Source: Ignavibacteriales bacterium
GTDB taxonomy: Bacteria; Bacteroidota; Ignavibacteria; UBA10030; SZUA-254
DNA length: 64,000 nt
Direction of reading: 5' to 3'
NCBI GenBank assembly: GCA_016214905.1
Contig: JACRMQ010000006.1
Coordinates: forward strand, 321,008-385,007
Part shown: positions 28,881-39,040 of the stretch, in pieces
Layout: every line of letters begins with the position of its first letter
How positions within the stretch are numbered: position 1 is the stretch's first letter
Translations under genes and position numbers: made by a program
Notes under the pieces: model-generated
The model's database searches: none
What the model was told of the DNA's origin: nothing
The model's input: only the letters and a program-made list of their open reading frames with translations

Positions 28881-31424
28881 TTACATTTTGGTCGCGACAA
28901 CAAGGGGCGATTTCACATTCGAAAGTGTGCTACCAAAACTATCTAATGCTTCCAGGAGAACAATATAAATCCCAATGCGGACTCTATTTTTGTTGTCATT
29001 ATATCCGTTCCAGATGATATCTCCCCGCGAACCGCTTGGTTCATTTTCAGCGAGTGTCCGCACCAACCTTCCGGTCAAATCGTAAATTCTCACTCGAATC
29101 GTCGCTGTTGATGAATGTAATTCATAATGAATTATTGTTACATCCTCGTATCCATCACCGTCGGGTGAGAAAGGATTGGGAGTGAAAGAAATTGAACTGT
29201 TATCCGGGACAGTGACCGTAAATAAACTATTTTGAAATGAAGGCGATCCGCCTAAAGAGTTTGCGCTTGTACTCCAGTTTCTTCGATCGTGGCTTGAAAG
29301 ATTTGGATTGATTCTCTCTAACGATCTACCTTCAACATCTTCGATATCGGAGTTGTGCCACCAGGGGAAATAATGAACACTGTCGATTATTTCTCCGGTC
29401 AAATCTGAAAGAATAATTTCGTCACCGTCATTATTCAAGCTTAAGCATCCATCTTTAATAATCACGTTATAATTTGAATCTCGAAGATAAGAGAATCGAT
29501 TGTAGATCGATGAATCAAAAGCGATTACTAAAAATTCTCCGCTACCGATGACGAACGACGAATTACTAATGACATATTTGCTCGATGAATTTGTGTCTTT
29601 AAAATCTGTTAGTCTCCATTCAGAAAGATCAACGAGGTCGGTTCCGTTATTAAAAAGCTCAACATATTCAGCATCGCCGGTTTTCGGTTGGTACATGATT
29701 TCATTAATAGCGATGACGTTCTTTCCGAAGCGATTCTTTATCTCGAAAAAGATCGTATTATCAGTCAGTCTCATATCGAGAGGGTAATCGATAATGGATA
29801 TGAGAATCTTTTTACCGGGAGGTAGATTATTCCATGTAAAATCGATCGCCAAGGAATCTTTAAAAATCAATGGTGAAATTATTTGATGTGATGAGATTAG
29901 TTCTGAGGCATCGGCAATCGAATCGCCATTCGAATCGAAGTAAAGGGAGACGGAAAAATTCTGAGCTATTTGATGCCCGGCATTCCGAACAACGACTCTG
30001 ATTGTCGTCGTATCAATGGCGTACGCATTCACGATGCAAAGATCGTATTCTAAAGGAGTAAGATAGTTTTGAAGACCGGGAGTACTGCCAACTGAATCTT
30101 TCGATGATCCCCAATTTGTGGAATCAGTAGATCCAACCTCGGGTTCGATTCTCTCTAAAGAATTCCCTACTGAATCGTTCCAGGATGGGAAATAATAAAC
30201 GCTATCCATTATCGCCCCCCGGTCATCAAAAAGAACTACTGCATCACCCGTATTATTTAAAAAATATGTCGGTAACGAATTGATTTGCAAAGTTGTTGCA
30301 GAAATATCCGGATGAACTGCAGCGAATAAATTTAGGTCCTTCGTCAAAACGCAGTAAGCGTTCGGAGGGATCTGAATATTTTGATTCGTGATAAGATGTT
30401 TCGTTGATGAGTATCGGTTGCTGATCTTCCAACCATTCAAATCAACCGTATCCGAATAATTATTATACAACTCCACCCATTCCGGCCCAGGACTATCAGG
30501 AGCGAACATTATTTCATTCACTACGACGGAGGATGGTGGTATACCGACGGATAAAGTATATTTCTTAAGATTATTGGAAAGATTCTGATCTCCAGTTAGA
30601 ATCGCATTGATAAATATCCATTCTTTTCCAAACAAGGGTTGAATTAAGATGGCTTGAACTGCTGTTGTTTCAGCGGGTTGAAGTAATTTTTGGGTTGATG
30701 CCGATGAAAATACTTCATCTGGTTGAGGGAGCGAGTCGTGATTTTTATCTTCATAGAAATCGACCGAAATATTTTGCACCGGTTGTAAACCGGAATTTTT
30801 CAAAATTGCCTGAACGACTACGGAATCTCCAATAATCGGAAAAGTGGGAAAGATGTTTATGTAGTCAATAGATATATCCGTGTTGTATAACGCAGTTATC
30901 AGTACATCGTCAAAACGAATTGTACCGGATGTGCCGGTTCCATTGCCGATAACTCGCCATCGAAATTTTATATTGCTTTGATTATTTAGTGAAGGAGAGA
31001 GTCTAAATTTTCTAAGGACGTACGATGTTGTTCCGGGATTTTTCAATGTATCGCTAATCGGGATATCGAATGTTATTCCTCCGTTAGTGGATGCTTCGAT
31101 CAATAAACCGGAATTATGGCTGCTCGATCTTCGCTCGTAAAATTTTAGACTGTCGGCCTCTTTGTTTGAAAAATCGATCAAAGGCGAGATCAACGCTTGG
31201 CTTATGGTGGAGTTTGTGCTAATCGCCGCGTTTGAATCGGAATAAGGAGATGATTTTGTCGTTATGAAATCTCCTGTTACTGATTTATTCGTTGTTGTTG
31301 TCCATTGAATTGGCAGAACAGGCGGTGTAACAGAATCGAAATTTTGAAGATAAGGAAATTGACTGATTTGTCCTTTTAACTCAGAACAAAAAAGAGTTAG
31401 AAACAAAAATATAGAATATCGCAT
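28881..31424 (-). CDS. Secreted lamin-tail-domain/CARDB protein with FlgD-Ig/T9SS type-B-like C-terminus
   Basis: Two INEIM...EWVELYN/EYVELFN...LNNxGD...SLERI units; TPNPFSPDGDGYED C-terminal motif. Confidence 0.85.
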   Translation of the reverse strand: MRYSIFLFLTLFCSELKGQISQFPYLQNFDSVTPPVLPIQWTTTTNKSVTGDFITTKSSPYSDSNAAISTNSTISQALISPLIDFSNKEADSLKFYERRSSSHNSGLLIEASTNGGITFDIPISDTLKNPGTTSYVLRKFRLSPSLNNQSNIKFRWRVIGNGTGTSGTIRFDDVLITALYNTDISIDYINIFPTFPIIGDSVVVQAILKNSGLQPVQNISVDFYEDKNHDSLPQPDEVFSSASTQKLLQPAETTAVQAILIQPLFGKEWIFINAILTGDQNLSNNLKKYTLSVGIPPSSVVVNEIMFAPDSPGPEWVELYNNYSDTVDLNGWKISNRYSSTKHLITNQNIQIPPNAYCVLTKDLNLFAAVHPDISATTLQINSLPTYFLNNTGDAVVLFDDRGAIMDSVYYFPSWNDSVGNSLERIEPEVGSTDSTNWGSSKDSVGSTPGLQNYLTPLEYDLCIVNAYAIDTTTIRVVVRNAGHQIAQNFSVSLYFDSNGDSIADASELISSHQIISPLIFKDSLAIDFTWNNLPPGKKILISIIDYPLDMRLTDNTIFFEIKNRFGKNVIAINEIMYQPKTGDAEYVELFNNGTDLVDLSEWRLTDFKDTNSSSKYVISNSSFVIGSGEFLVIAFDSSIYNRFSYLRDSNYNVIIKDGCLSLNNDGDEIILSDLTGEIIDSVHYFPWWHNSDIEDVEGRSLERINPNLSSHDRRNWSTSANSLGGSPSFQNSLFTVTVPDNSSISFTPNPFSPDGDGYEDVTIIHYELHSSTATIRVRIYDLTGRLVRTLAENEPSGSRGDIIWNGYNDNKNRVRIGIYIVLLEALDSFGSTLSNVKSPLVVATKM

Positions 31425-31495
31425 ACTCTTCCATCGCTCCTAAGAAGTTTAACAATTTCTCGGCGCCGGGGAGACGGATATTTTGAAACGAATAT

Positions 31496-31519
31496 ATGCG
31501 GCTCGGTTAAGAGCCGCAT
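31496..31519 (-). terminator. Hairpin downstream of the OPT gene, possible terminator
   Basis: atgcggctc-ggttaa-gagccgcat, a perfect 9-bp stem; U-tract is weak. Confidence 0.5.
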
Positions 31520-31548
31520 TCAAATCTAAAAATTATTACGCTGTTGGT

Positions 31549-33567
31549 TTAATCTTCCTTCGCGCGCATTGAATCCCATACCATGTATATGAAGAGAAGT
31601 GCGAACATGATCAATCCAAGTATTTCACCATTTGCACTCTCTGCCCAATGAGCGAGGTACCAATTGGAAATTCCGAGATCAAGCTGGAATCTTTCAATGA
31701 GCATTTGATCCGAAAATCTCAAAAATGCATTAAACACACCAAACAGAGCGCCGCCTGCAATGAATCCGGAAGCGATGAGGGTTCCGCGCGAGAAGCGAGC
31801 GTTGTTAAGTTTTTCATTCTTGGATCGCGAAGTCACCCACCATGCTACAAGTCCGCCGAACACGAGCGGAACATTCAACTCTTGCGGAATGTACATTCCG
31901 AGTGCGAATGCAAGGGGTGGTATTTTTATCATCACTAAAATTAAAGCGATAATAGCACCTACAAGATACAATATCCATGGTGCCGGTGTTGCGGACATCA
32001 ACGGTTGTATCACAGCCGCCATTGCGTTTGCCTGTGGTGCAACCATCGCATTGGGACCAGTGAAGCCGTATGTTTTGTTCAATATCATTACAACTCCACC
32101 AACTGTTGCCGCTGAAACCAATACGCCTAAAAATTTCCAGGTTTCTTGTTTCTTTGGAGTTGAACCCAACCAGTAACCAATTTTCAGATCTGTAATAAAA
32201 CCACCTGCGACGGAAAGTGCTGTGCAAACAACACCGCCTATGATCAGTGCAGAAATCATTCCCGAGGTTCCTGATAGTCCAATTCTTACAAGAACGAACG
32301 ATGAAAGAATCAGCGTCATCAATGTCATACCGGAAACAGGATTGGTACCAACAATAGCTATTGCATTTGCTGCAACAGTTGTGAATAAGAATGAAATTAT
32401 AATTACTATCAATAATCCGACTAATGCATGTGTGAAGTTAAAAACCACACCGGCATAGAAGAAGACAAAAAGCATCAAAGCTGTTAATAAAATCATTATG
32501 ACGATGAAATTCATTCGCAAATCTGTTTGCCAGCGAATTGTTTCATCGCTGTCTCCGGATTTTTTATGCAAGATTTCATTATAAGCTAACTTGAATGCGC
32601 CGCCGATAATTTTTGAAGAGCGGAGAATCCCAACAATTCCTGCCATGGCAATTCCACCGATACCGATTTGTCGGACGTATGTTCTAAAAATTTCTTCAGC
32701 ACTCATATCGGCAATTAATTTTGTAGCGGTCGCTCCAAGAGGAGTGGTAAGATGCTGACCAATTTCATAGAAAAGTGGAATAAGAACGAACCATGATAAA
32801 AACGAACCGGCAGCGATGATTGCAGAGTATTTCAAACCGACAATGTATCCTAAACCAAACACCATTGCTGAAACATTCAGCTTTGCAACAACTTTTAATT
32901 TGTCGGCAACTACTTCTCCATAATGAAACATTCGCGAAGTGACAACTTCCGACCACCATCCGAACGCGCTGAAAGCAAAATCAAAAAAACCACCGAGTAA
33001 TCCTGCTACAACTAAAACACCGGCTTGTTTGCCGCCTTTTTCACCTGCAACTAATATTTCAGTTGTCGCGGTAGCTTCAGGAAACGGAAATTTTCCGTGC
33101 ATATCTTTTACAAAATATTTTCTGAATGGAATCAGGAACAAAATGCCGAGGAATCCACCGAGAGCAGATGCCATAAACATCTGCCAAAAGCTTGCATCGA
33201 GATTGAGGATGTACAATGCGGGAATTGTAAAGATAGCTCCGGCAACGATAACACCTGAACAAGCGCCGATTGATTGGATGATAACATTTTGTCCGAGGGC
33301 ATTCGGTTTTTTAAATGCAGCAGATAGTCCGACTGCTAAAATCGCGATTGGAATTGCCGCTTCAAAAACCTGTCCGATCTTTAAACCGGAATAAGCCGCG
33401 GCGGCTGAGAATAGGACTGCCATAACAAGTCCCCACCCAACAGACCATCCCGTAACTTCGGGGTATGGTTTTGCCGGATCCATAAGAGGGTAATACGCTT
33501 CTCCCTCTTTCAGTTCTTTATAAGCATTATCAGGAAGACCGCTAGTTGTATTGGTTTGATGTTCCAT
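31549..33567 (-). CDS. OPT family oligopeptide transporter
   Basis: AAYSGLKIG, FPFPEATAT, GTNPVSGMTL, DLKIGYWLGSTP, APQANAMA. Confidence 0.93.
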   Translation of the reverse strand: MEHQTNTTSGLPDNAYKELKEGEAYYPLMDPAKPYPEVTGWSVGWGLVMAVLFSAAAAYSGLKIGQVFEAAIPIAILAVGLSAAFKKPNALGQNVIIQSIGACSGVIVAGAIFTIPALYILNLDASFWQMFMASALGGFLGILFLIPFRKYFVKDMHGKFPFPEATATTEILVAGEKGGKQAGVLVVAGLLGGFFDFAFSAFGWWSEVVTSRMFHYGEVVADKLKVVAKLNVSAMVFGLGYIVGLKYSAIIAAGSFLSWFVLIPLFYEIGQHLTTPLGATATKLIADMSAEEIFRTYVRQIGIGGIAMAGIVGILRSSKIIGGAFKLAYNEILHKKSGDSDETIRWQTDLRMNFIVIMILLTALMLFVFFYAGVVFNFTHALVGLLIVIIISFLFTTVAANAIAIVGTNPVSGMTLMTLILSSFVLVRIGLSGTSGMISALIIGGVVCTALSVAGGFITDLKIGYWLGSTPKKQETWKFLGVLVSAATVGGVVMILNKTYGFTGPNAMVAPQANAMAAVIQPLMSATPAPWILYLVGAIIALILVMIKIPPLAFALGMYIPQELNVPLVFGGLVAWWVTSRSKNEKLNNARFSRGTLIASGFIAGGALFGVFNAFLRFSDQMLIERFQLDLGISNWYLAHWAESANGEILGLIMFALLFIYMVWDSMRAKED

Positions 33568-33657
33568 TAGATTCTCCTGTTGTGAATATTGTGTATATCG
33601 GCACTGTTTGCCCGATAATAATTATGTAGATGAAGTTAAAAAAAAATATTAAGCAAA

Positions 33658-34221
33658 TCAAATTCTTTTGCGTTTAATTGTATATCTGCTCTTAGGTTCT
33701 TCAACTATAAATCCAATTTGACGTTTTGGTTTTTCTGGCGGAGTCATCAATTGCCGAATTGCTTCAAAGACCGATTTAATTTGTATGTCGTGTGTTTCAA
33801 ACTTTCGCTCAAGTTCTTCGAGCTTATGTGCTAAGTCTTTGTGAGTTGCAAGGATCTGTCTTAACTTTACGAATGCCCTCATGATAGCAATGTTGACTTG
33901 GATAGCTCTTTCACTGTTTAAAACAGTCGAAAGCATCGCTACGCCTTGTTCAGTAAAAGCAAGTGGAAGATAACGTCTCCCACCGCTGCCAGATTTTGAG
34001 GTCGCAATTTGCGACCTCAAAAATATATATTCTTCTGGTGTAAGTTGGAACATAAAATCTTCGGGGAATCGACTAATGTTCCTTCTAACTTGTTCATTAA
34101 GCCGTTTAGTAGATACACCGTACAGCAACGCGAGGTGAGAATCTAACATTGCCTTTTGCCCACGGATCAAGAAGATTTGCTGTTCGATTCTTTCAATTGG
34201 TATCAGTGTTGTAGAACTCAT
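33658..34221 (-). CDS. ORF6N-domain (KilA-N-like) DNA-binding protein
   Basis: GGAGG RBS; IRGQKAMLDSHLALLYGV, RNISRFPEDFMFQLT, AFTEQGVAMLS, IAIMRAFV. Confidence 0.92.
   Translation of the reverse strand: MSSTTLIPIERIEQQIFLIRGQKAMLDSHLALLYGVSTKRLNEQVRRNISRFPEDFMFQLTPEEYIFLRSQIATSKSGSGGRRYLPLAFTEQGVAMLSTVLNSERAIQVNIAIMRAFVKLRQILATHKDLAHKLEELERKFETHDIQIKSVFEAIRQLMTPPEKPKRQIGFIVEEPKSRYTIKRKRI
33994..34022. repeat. Perfect 14-bp inverted repeat inside the ORF6N gene
   Basis: ttttgaggtcgcaa-t-ttgcgacctcaaaa. Confidence 0.9.
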
Positions 34222-34288
34222 TAGCTTCTCCTCCAGATACAATATCAAATTTTTGTTATATCAACTTTGAACCAGATTTATCACCAGT

Positions 34289-35524
34289 TCATTTTTTACT
34301 CTTCTCTACCCACACCTGCACAAGGTTTACAACTGTTTCAATCGATTTCTCCATACCGTCAAGTGAAGCCCACTCGGTTTTGCCGTGGAAGTTTTTTCCT
34401 CCTGTGAAAATATTCGGACAGGGGAGGCCCATTGCTGTAAGCCGTGAGCCGTCTGTGCCACCGCGGATTGGAACCCATTTTGGTTCAAGCCCGGAGCGCT
34501 TTGTTGCTTCCCATAAATATTCAGTTACACGCGGGTCTTTATCAACACCTTCACGCATATTGCGATACGATTCTTTTATCTCCAACTCTATTCTGGTTTT
34601 AGGATGAAGTGGTTTCACTTCTTCGATTATCTTTTCTAATATCTTTTTCTGTTTATCCAATCCTTCGGTCTTAAAATCCCGGAATAGGAAATTGAGAGTT
34701 GTTTTTTCTTCTTCACCTTTTAAAATGTGCGGATGGATATATGGCTCGTAACCTTCAGTTGTTTCAGGTGCCATATCTTTCGGTGTTCGAATTATGATGT
34801 CTGCCATTGTTCTAATCGAATTCACCATAATATTTTTTGCAAAACCGGGATGTATGTTTCTTCCGTGCACGGTTATGGTCGCAGAGTTTGCGCTGAAGGT
34901 TTCCTTGTTTAATTCTCCGGCAGTGTCGCCATCAACTGTGTATGCGAAGTCAGCGCCGAAAGATTTTAAATCGAAAAATTTTGTCCCTGCTCCAATCTCT
35001 TCATCAGGTGTGAATCCAATTTTAATATCACCGTGAGGAATTTTGGGATTATTGAGGAGTTGCTGAACTGCCGTCATTATGATTGCAATACCTGCTTTGT
35101 TATCTGCACCCAGCAGAGTTGTACCATCAGATGTGATTATTGTTTTACCGATGCAATGTTTCAATTCAGGATTTTCAGCTTCAGTGATTACAATTGACTT
35201 GTCACCGGGCAATACAACATCTCCGCCTTGATACTTAATCACCTGTGGTTTTACATTTTCACCGCTTGCAGATGGTGATGTATCTACATGTGCGATGAAT
35301 CCGATAGCCGGAACTTTATGCGGTACATTTGAAGGCACTGTTCCCATAACATATCCGTATTTATCTATCCGTGCATCTTTCAGACCTAAAGTTTTCAATT
35401 CTTCAACAAGCAGATTTAAAAGATTTAGTTGTTTGGAAGTGCTCGGATACGATTCAGATTCTTCGCTGGATTGTGTATCTATCTTGACATATCGAAGAAA
35501 TTTATCGAGGACTGTTTCGTTCAT
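34289..35524 (-). CDS. pepT: Peptidase T (tripeptide aminopeptidase)
   Basis: FLRYVKIDTQS, AHVDT, LLGADNKAG, FTPDEEIG, PIRGGTDG. Confidence 0.96.
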   Translation of the reverse strand: MNETVLDKFLRYVKIDTQSSEESESYPSTSKQLNLLNLLVEELKTLGLKDARIDKYGYVMGTVPSNVPHKVPAIGFIAHVDTSPSASGENVKPQVIKYQGGDVVLPGDKSIVITEAENPELKHCIGKTIITSDGTTLLGADNKAGIAIIMTAVQQLLNNPKIPHGDIKIGFTPDEEIGAGTKFFDLKSFGADFAYTVDGDTAGELNKETFSANSATITVHGRNIHPGFAKNIMVNSIRTMADIIIRTPKDMAPETTEGYEPYIHPHILKGEEEKTTLNFLFRDFKTEGLDKQKKILEKIIEEVKPLHPKTRIELEIKESYRNMREGVDKDPRVTEYLWEATKRSGLEPKWVPIRGGTDGSRLTAMGLPCPNIFTGGKNFHGKTEWASLDGMEKSIETVVNLVQVWVEKSKK

Positions 35525-35812
35525 AATATTATCTTTCTATAAATGTTGTCATCAAACAGGAATAATTAATGATTGGCATTTTATGAATTTTCAAAGTTAG
35601 AAGCAAATAGGATAAGATATCCATAATTGGAGATTGTTTTCCCGGATGATACATATCACTTCCGGTCCTTTAAGAAATAGGTATTTTAGTTCCAATTCAT
35701 TAACTTTGATGAAATTCAATACTTGTTTAGAGGATGGAATTTTTGTATTTTCATTCGATTTTATTGATTGGTTGCCCGATATTCGATTTATTTTTGATAC
35801 AAAAGAAAGTAT

Positions 35813-37027
35813 ATGATTAAAACAGATAAAAAAACGTCAAAATATATCATTATTTTTCACTTATTATTAGCTGTAAGTATTTATCAGCATCAGGCGATAG
35901 CTCAAGTTCCTACCGATTCATTGGCGATACTGGTTAATGAAGGTTACGCCATAATGCAAAGCAATCCCGATAGGGCAGAGCAGTTATTCGAACAGGCACT
36001 GACGATTTCACCTAATGATTTAGCATTACGCAGACAGCTTGGATATCTCTACAGCGATAATAATAAACCTGAGCGAGCGTTAAAAGAATTTGAAAAAGCG
36101 GAAGCCATACAATCATCCGATACTATTAAATTACAGATGGCATTTATCCAACTAACCAACGGCCATGAAGACAAAGCGGTAACAATCTTGCGTGAGCTAA
36201 CGGAGAGTCAAGATCTGTTTATTAAAAAGAGTGCTGATGAGCAGTTGGCTGCGATTACTTCTGCCTCTGTGACGGTAATTCCAGATGAACCAAGCAGATG
36301 GTATTCCCGTATTTATGCAGCACCTTTTTATGATACACGCTGGGAAACAATATTCTATAACTTCGATGCGGAGCGTGGATATTATTTCAATTCCAAGAGG
36401 ACAATTTTTGGTTACGGATTTTTATCTCTGGCGGCGGACGGAAAATCGAAGCTTGGCGAAGTACCCGAGATATTTTCCGATAACGCAATTGTGGGCGGAG
36501 TTGGTATAGGCGTAAAACCGTTAACAGGATTAGAATTAAGAACTCAATTAGGGATTGCATATGATATAATACAGCAGGATAGCGGAGTGTCGCGCTGGAG
36601 TGAAGATTTTAGGGTACTGGCAATATATGGAAATGGAATCTATCCGGATTTTGAATTTCATACCGATCCGAAAGTTACATTAGAACCGTTGTTAGATGTC
36701 TATTCATCGGTCGGTTATTATTCCCGTTATAAAAATGTCATCGGCTATCTTCAGGGTAGGGCCGGTGTGCGAATTTTTGAAATGTCTTATACTGCCGCCG
36801 ATTTATATTTAAGGTCTATGTATGTAAAAGATTCGGAACGGGAATTTTATAATAATCAAATAGATGCCGCGATCGGTTTACGTATTCTGCCGTTTTATAA
36901 ATGGGATTTATACGTGATGGCAGAATATTATCGGGGCACATATTTAGGGAATATTGCCCGTCCCTCAGATTTCTCAAAATATTTCGGCGGTTTTCGTCTC
37001 TTTATTATTTATGATCATATCTTTTAA
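35813..37027 (+). CDS. TPR + beta-barrel outer-membrane protein, NfrA-like export porin
   Basis: Signal peptide; TPR-like helices (AEQLFEQALTISPND...RQLGYLY); aromatic-rich amphipathic C-terminal half ending in F; 3 bp upstream of an NfrB-like glycosyltransferase. Confidence 0.65.
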   Translation: MIKTDKKTSKYIIIFHLLLAVSIYQHQAIAQVPTDSLAILVNEGYAIMQSNPDRAEQLFEQALTISPNDLALRRQLGYLYSDNNKPERALKEFEKAEAIQSSDTIKLQMAFIQLTNGHEDKAVTILRELTESQDLFIKKSADEQLAAITSASVTVIPDEPSRWYSRIYAAPFYDTRWETIFYNFDAERGYYFNSKRTIFGYGFLSLAADGKSKLGEVPEIFSDNAIVGGVGIGVKPLTGLELRTQLGIAYDIIQQDSGVSRWSEDFRVLAIYGNGIYPDFEFHTDPKVTLEPLLDVYSSVGYYSRYKNVIGYLQGRAGVRIFEMSYTAADLYLRSMYVKDSEREFYNNQIDAAIGLRILPFYKWDLYVMAEYYRGTYLGNIARPSDFSKYFGGFRLFIIYDHIF

Positions 37028-37030
37028 TAT

Positions 37031-38437
37031 ATGGGCGATTGGCTAGTACAAATATTCAGGTCGTCGTACGATTCTTTGTACATGGCAACATTTATTGTTG
37101 CCACATTCCTTTTCATCAGTGGTTTCGATGATATTTTTGTAGATCTATATTATTGGTTCCATCACTGGTTGATGAAAAAGAAATTCAATAAATTTCGGTA
37201 CGAAACCCCGGAAAAACTTTATCAATTAGAAGAAAAAACAATCGCGATCTTCGTGCCTGCATGGCACGAGCAAGATGTTATTGATAAAATGTTGTTGAAT
37301 GCATGCCGAACAATTCAATATAAGAATTACGATATTTTTGTGGGAGTTTATCCGAACGATCCCGGAACAATATCAAGAGTTGAATTGGTAAGCAAGCAAT
37401 ATCCGAATGTTCATGCGGTAGTGGCTGATAAACCTGGGCCAACAACAAAAGCGGATAATTTGAATGGTATTCATGCCGGAATGATAAAGTGGGAAAACAA
37501 AACCGGCGTAAGATATGATATCATTGTCATGCACGATTCTGAAGATGTCATTCATCCTCTATCATTGAAAATTCATAATGCGCTTATTCCGGAATATGAT
37601 ATGGTGCAGATGCCTGTATTTCCGCTGGATACTAGTCATTTGAATCTTGTTCACTGGACCTATGCCGATGAATTTGCAGAATACCATACCAAAGATTTAT
37701 TTGTTCGACAGCATTTCAGCGGATTTGTTCCCTCGGCCGGTGTTGGCACTGCATTCAATAGGTGGATTATCGAATTTGTTGGTACCTCGTTCGCGAAGAA
37801 CATTTTCCGTACGAGCGCTCTTACTGAAGATTATGATCTCGCGTTGCGACTCGCGCTTGGGCGGGCGAATCTTTTATTTACATATAAACCATTCGGTATC
37901 GATTGTGCTACCCGCGGATATTTCCCACATTCAATGAGCGCTTCAATAAGACAGAAAAGCAGGTGGATTACCGGTATATGCCTGCAATCATGGCAAACAA
38001 TCGGTTGGCGGGGAGATGCAAAATTCAGATTTGTTCTTTATCGTGATAGAAAAGCGGTAATTGCGAATATAATTAATTTCTTCGCTTACATTGTAATTCT
38101 ATATTTAATATCTTACGAAGCGATACGTTTAGGTTTTGCGGCATATCGACAACTGCCACCTATTGTTACTAAAGGAACAATATTGTGGGACCTTGTGGTC
38201 ATCGATAGTCTATTGATGATCTGGCGAATTATGCATCGGTTTGTTACTGTACGACGCGTATATGGAATCTGGGCGGCAATATTAAGTATTTTCAGATTGC
38301 CGATTTCAAATATTATTAATTTCAGCGCAACAGGCAGAGCGTTATATCAATTTACAAAAGCAGCCTTGAGGAAGAAAGAGCTTAAGTGGGAAAAGACAGC
38401 GCACCACTTCCCAACTGCGACAGAACATAGTTCTTAA
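37031..38437 (+). CDS. GT2 glycosyltransferase of the NfrB (phage N4 adsorption protein B) family, without MshEN tail
   Basis: VPAWHE, GVYPND, GPTTKADNLN, HDSEDVIHP, YADEFAE, VPSAGVG, LTEDY, RQKSRW, WEKTAHHFP. Confidence 0.88.
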   Translation: MGDWLVQIFRSSYDSLYMATFIVATFLFISGFDDIFVDLYYWFHHWLMKKKFNKFRYETPEKLYQLEEKTIAIFVPAWHEQDVIDKMLLNACRTIQYKNYDIFVGVYPNDPGTISRVELVSKQYPNVHAVVADKPGPTTKADNLNGIHAGMIKWENKTGVRYDIIVMHDSEDVIHPLSLKIHNALIPEYDMVQMPVFPLDTSHLNLVHWTYADEFAEYHTKDLFVRQHFSGFVPSAGVGTAFNRWIIEFVGTSFAKNIFRTSALTEDYDLALRLALGRANLLFTYKPFGIDCATRGYFPHSMSASIRQKSRWITGICLQSWQTIGWRGDAKFRFVLYRDRKAVIANIINFFAYIVILYLISYEAIRLGFAAYRQLPPIVTKGTILWDLVVIDSLLMIWRIMHRFVTVRRVYGIWAAILSIFRLPISNIINFSATGRALYQFTKAALRKKELKWEKTAHHFPTATEHSS

Positions 38438-38454
38438 AACTAAAAAATGAATTA

Positions 38455-38844
38455 ATGAAAACAAACTTGAGGGATTTGATGGTCAAGAATTATTCTATCT
38501 TATATGTTGATGACGAAGATCAATTACGGTTTTTAGTGCAGAATCAATTAAGTCAGGAAGGTTTTAATGTCGACACCGCAGACGATGGTGATACGGCCTT
38601 AGATATGATGAAACAAAAGTCGTATGATGTTGTGTTACTAGATATCAGGATGCCGCGGTTGAACGGACTTGAAGTATTGAAGGAAATGAAAAAGCGGAAA
38701 ACGAACGCTCGGGCGATAATGCTTACAGGTGTGGATGATCTTGCCGTTGCCCTTGAAGCTGTTAAAAGCGGTGCGATTGATTATCTGACCAAACCTTACG
38801 AGTTGGATAATCTTATGAGATCGATTATGCGCGTTATTGGTTAG
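38455..38844 (+). CDS. Single-domain response regulator (receiver)
   Basis: YVDDE, LLDIRMPRLNG, MLTG, DYLTKP. Confidence 0.93.
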   Translation: MKTNLRDLMVKNYSILYVDDEDQLRFLVQNQLSQEGFNVDTADDGDTALDMMKQKSYDVVLLDIRMPRLNGLEVLKEMKKRKTNARAIMLTGVDDLAVALEAVKSGAIDYLTKPYELDNLMRSIMRVIG

Positions 38845-38930
38845 AGTTAGAATTTGCAGATGCCGGACATTCAGGCGACAGCAAAAGTTTTGGAAAAGCT
38901 GTAGATAGTTAGTAATTTGATTTAAGACTT

Positions 38931-39032
38931 GGGGTCAAGTCCTGCGCAACAAGAAATTTCCGAACCCCGCCAGGTCCGGAAGGAAGCAACGGTAGGAAGT
39001 AAATCTTGTGTGACGTAGGGTAGCTTGACCTC
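38931..39032 (+). ncRNA. ffs: Signal recognition particle 4.5S RNA
   Basis: Helix-8 signature gaaccccgccaggtccggaaggaagcaacggta; terminal pairing ggggtcaag/cttgacctc; about 100 nt. Confidence 0.93.
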
Positions 39033-39040
39033 TTTTAATT

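Noticed and set aside
33658..34221. Prophage
   Set aside because: Only one phage-type ORF6N gene; no integrase, structural or replication genes.
35570..35595. Sigma54 promoter (TGGCA) upstream of the nfrA-like gene
   Set aside because: No TTGC -12 element at the required spacing.
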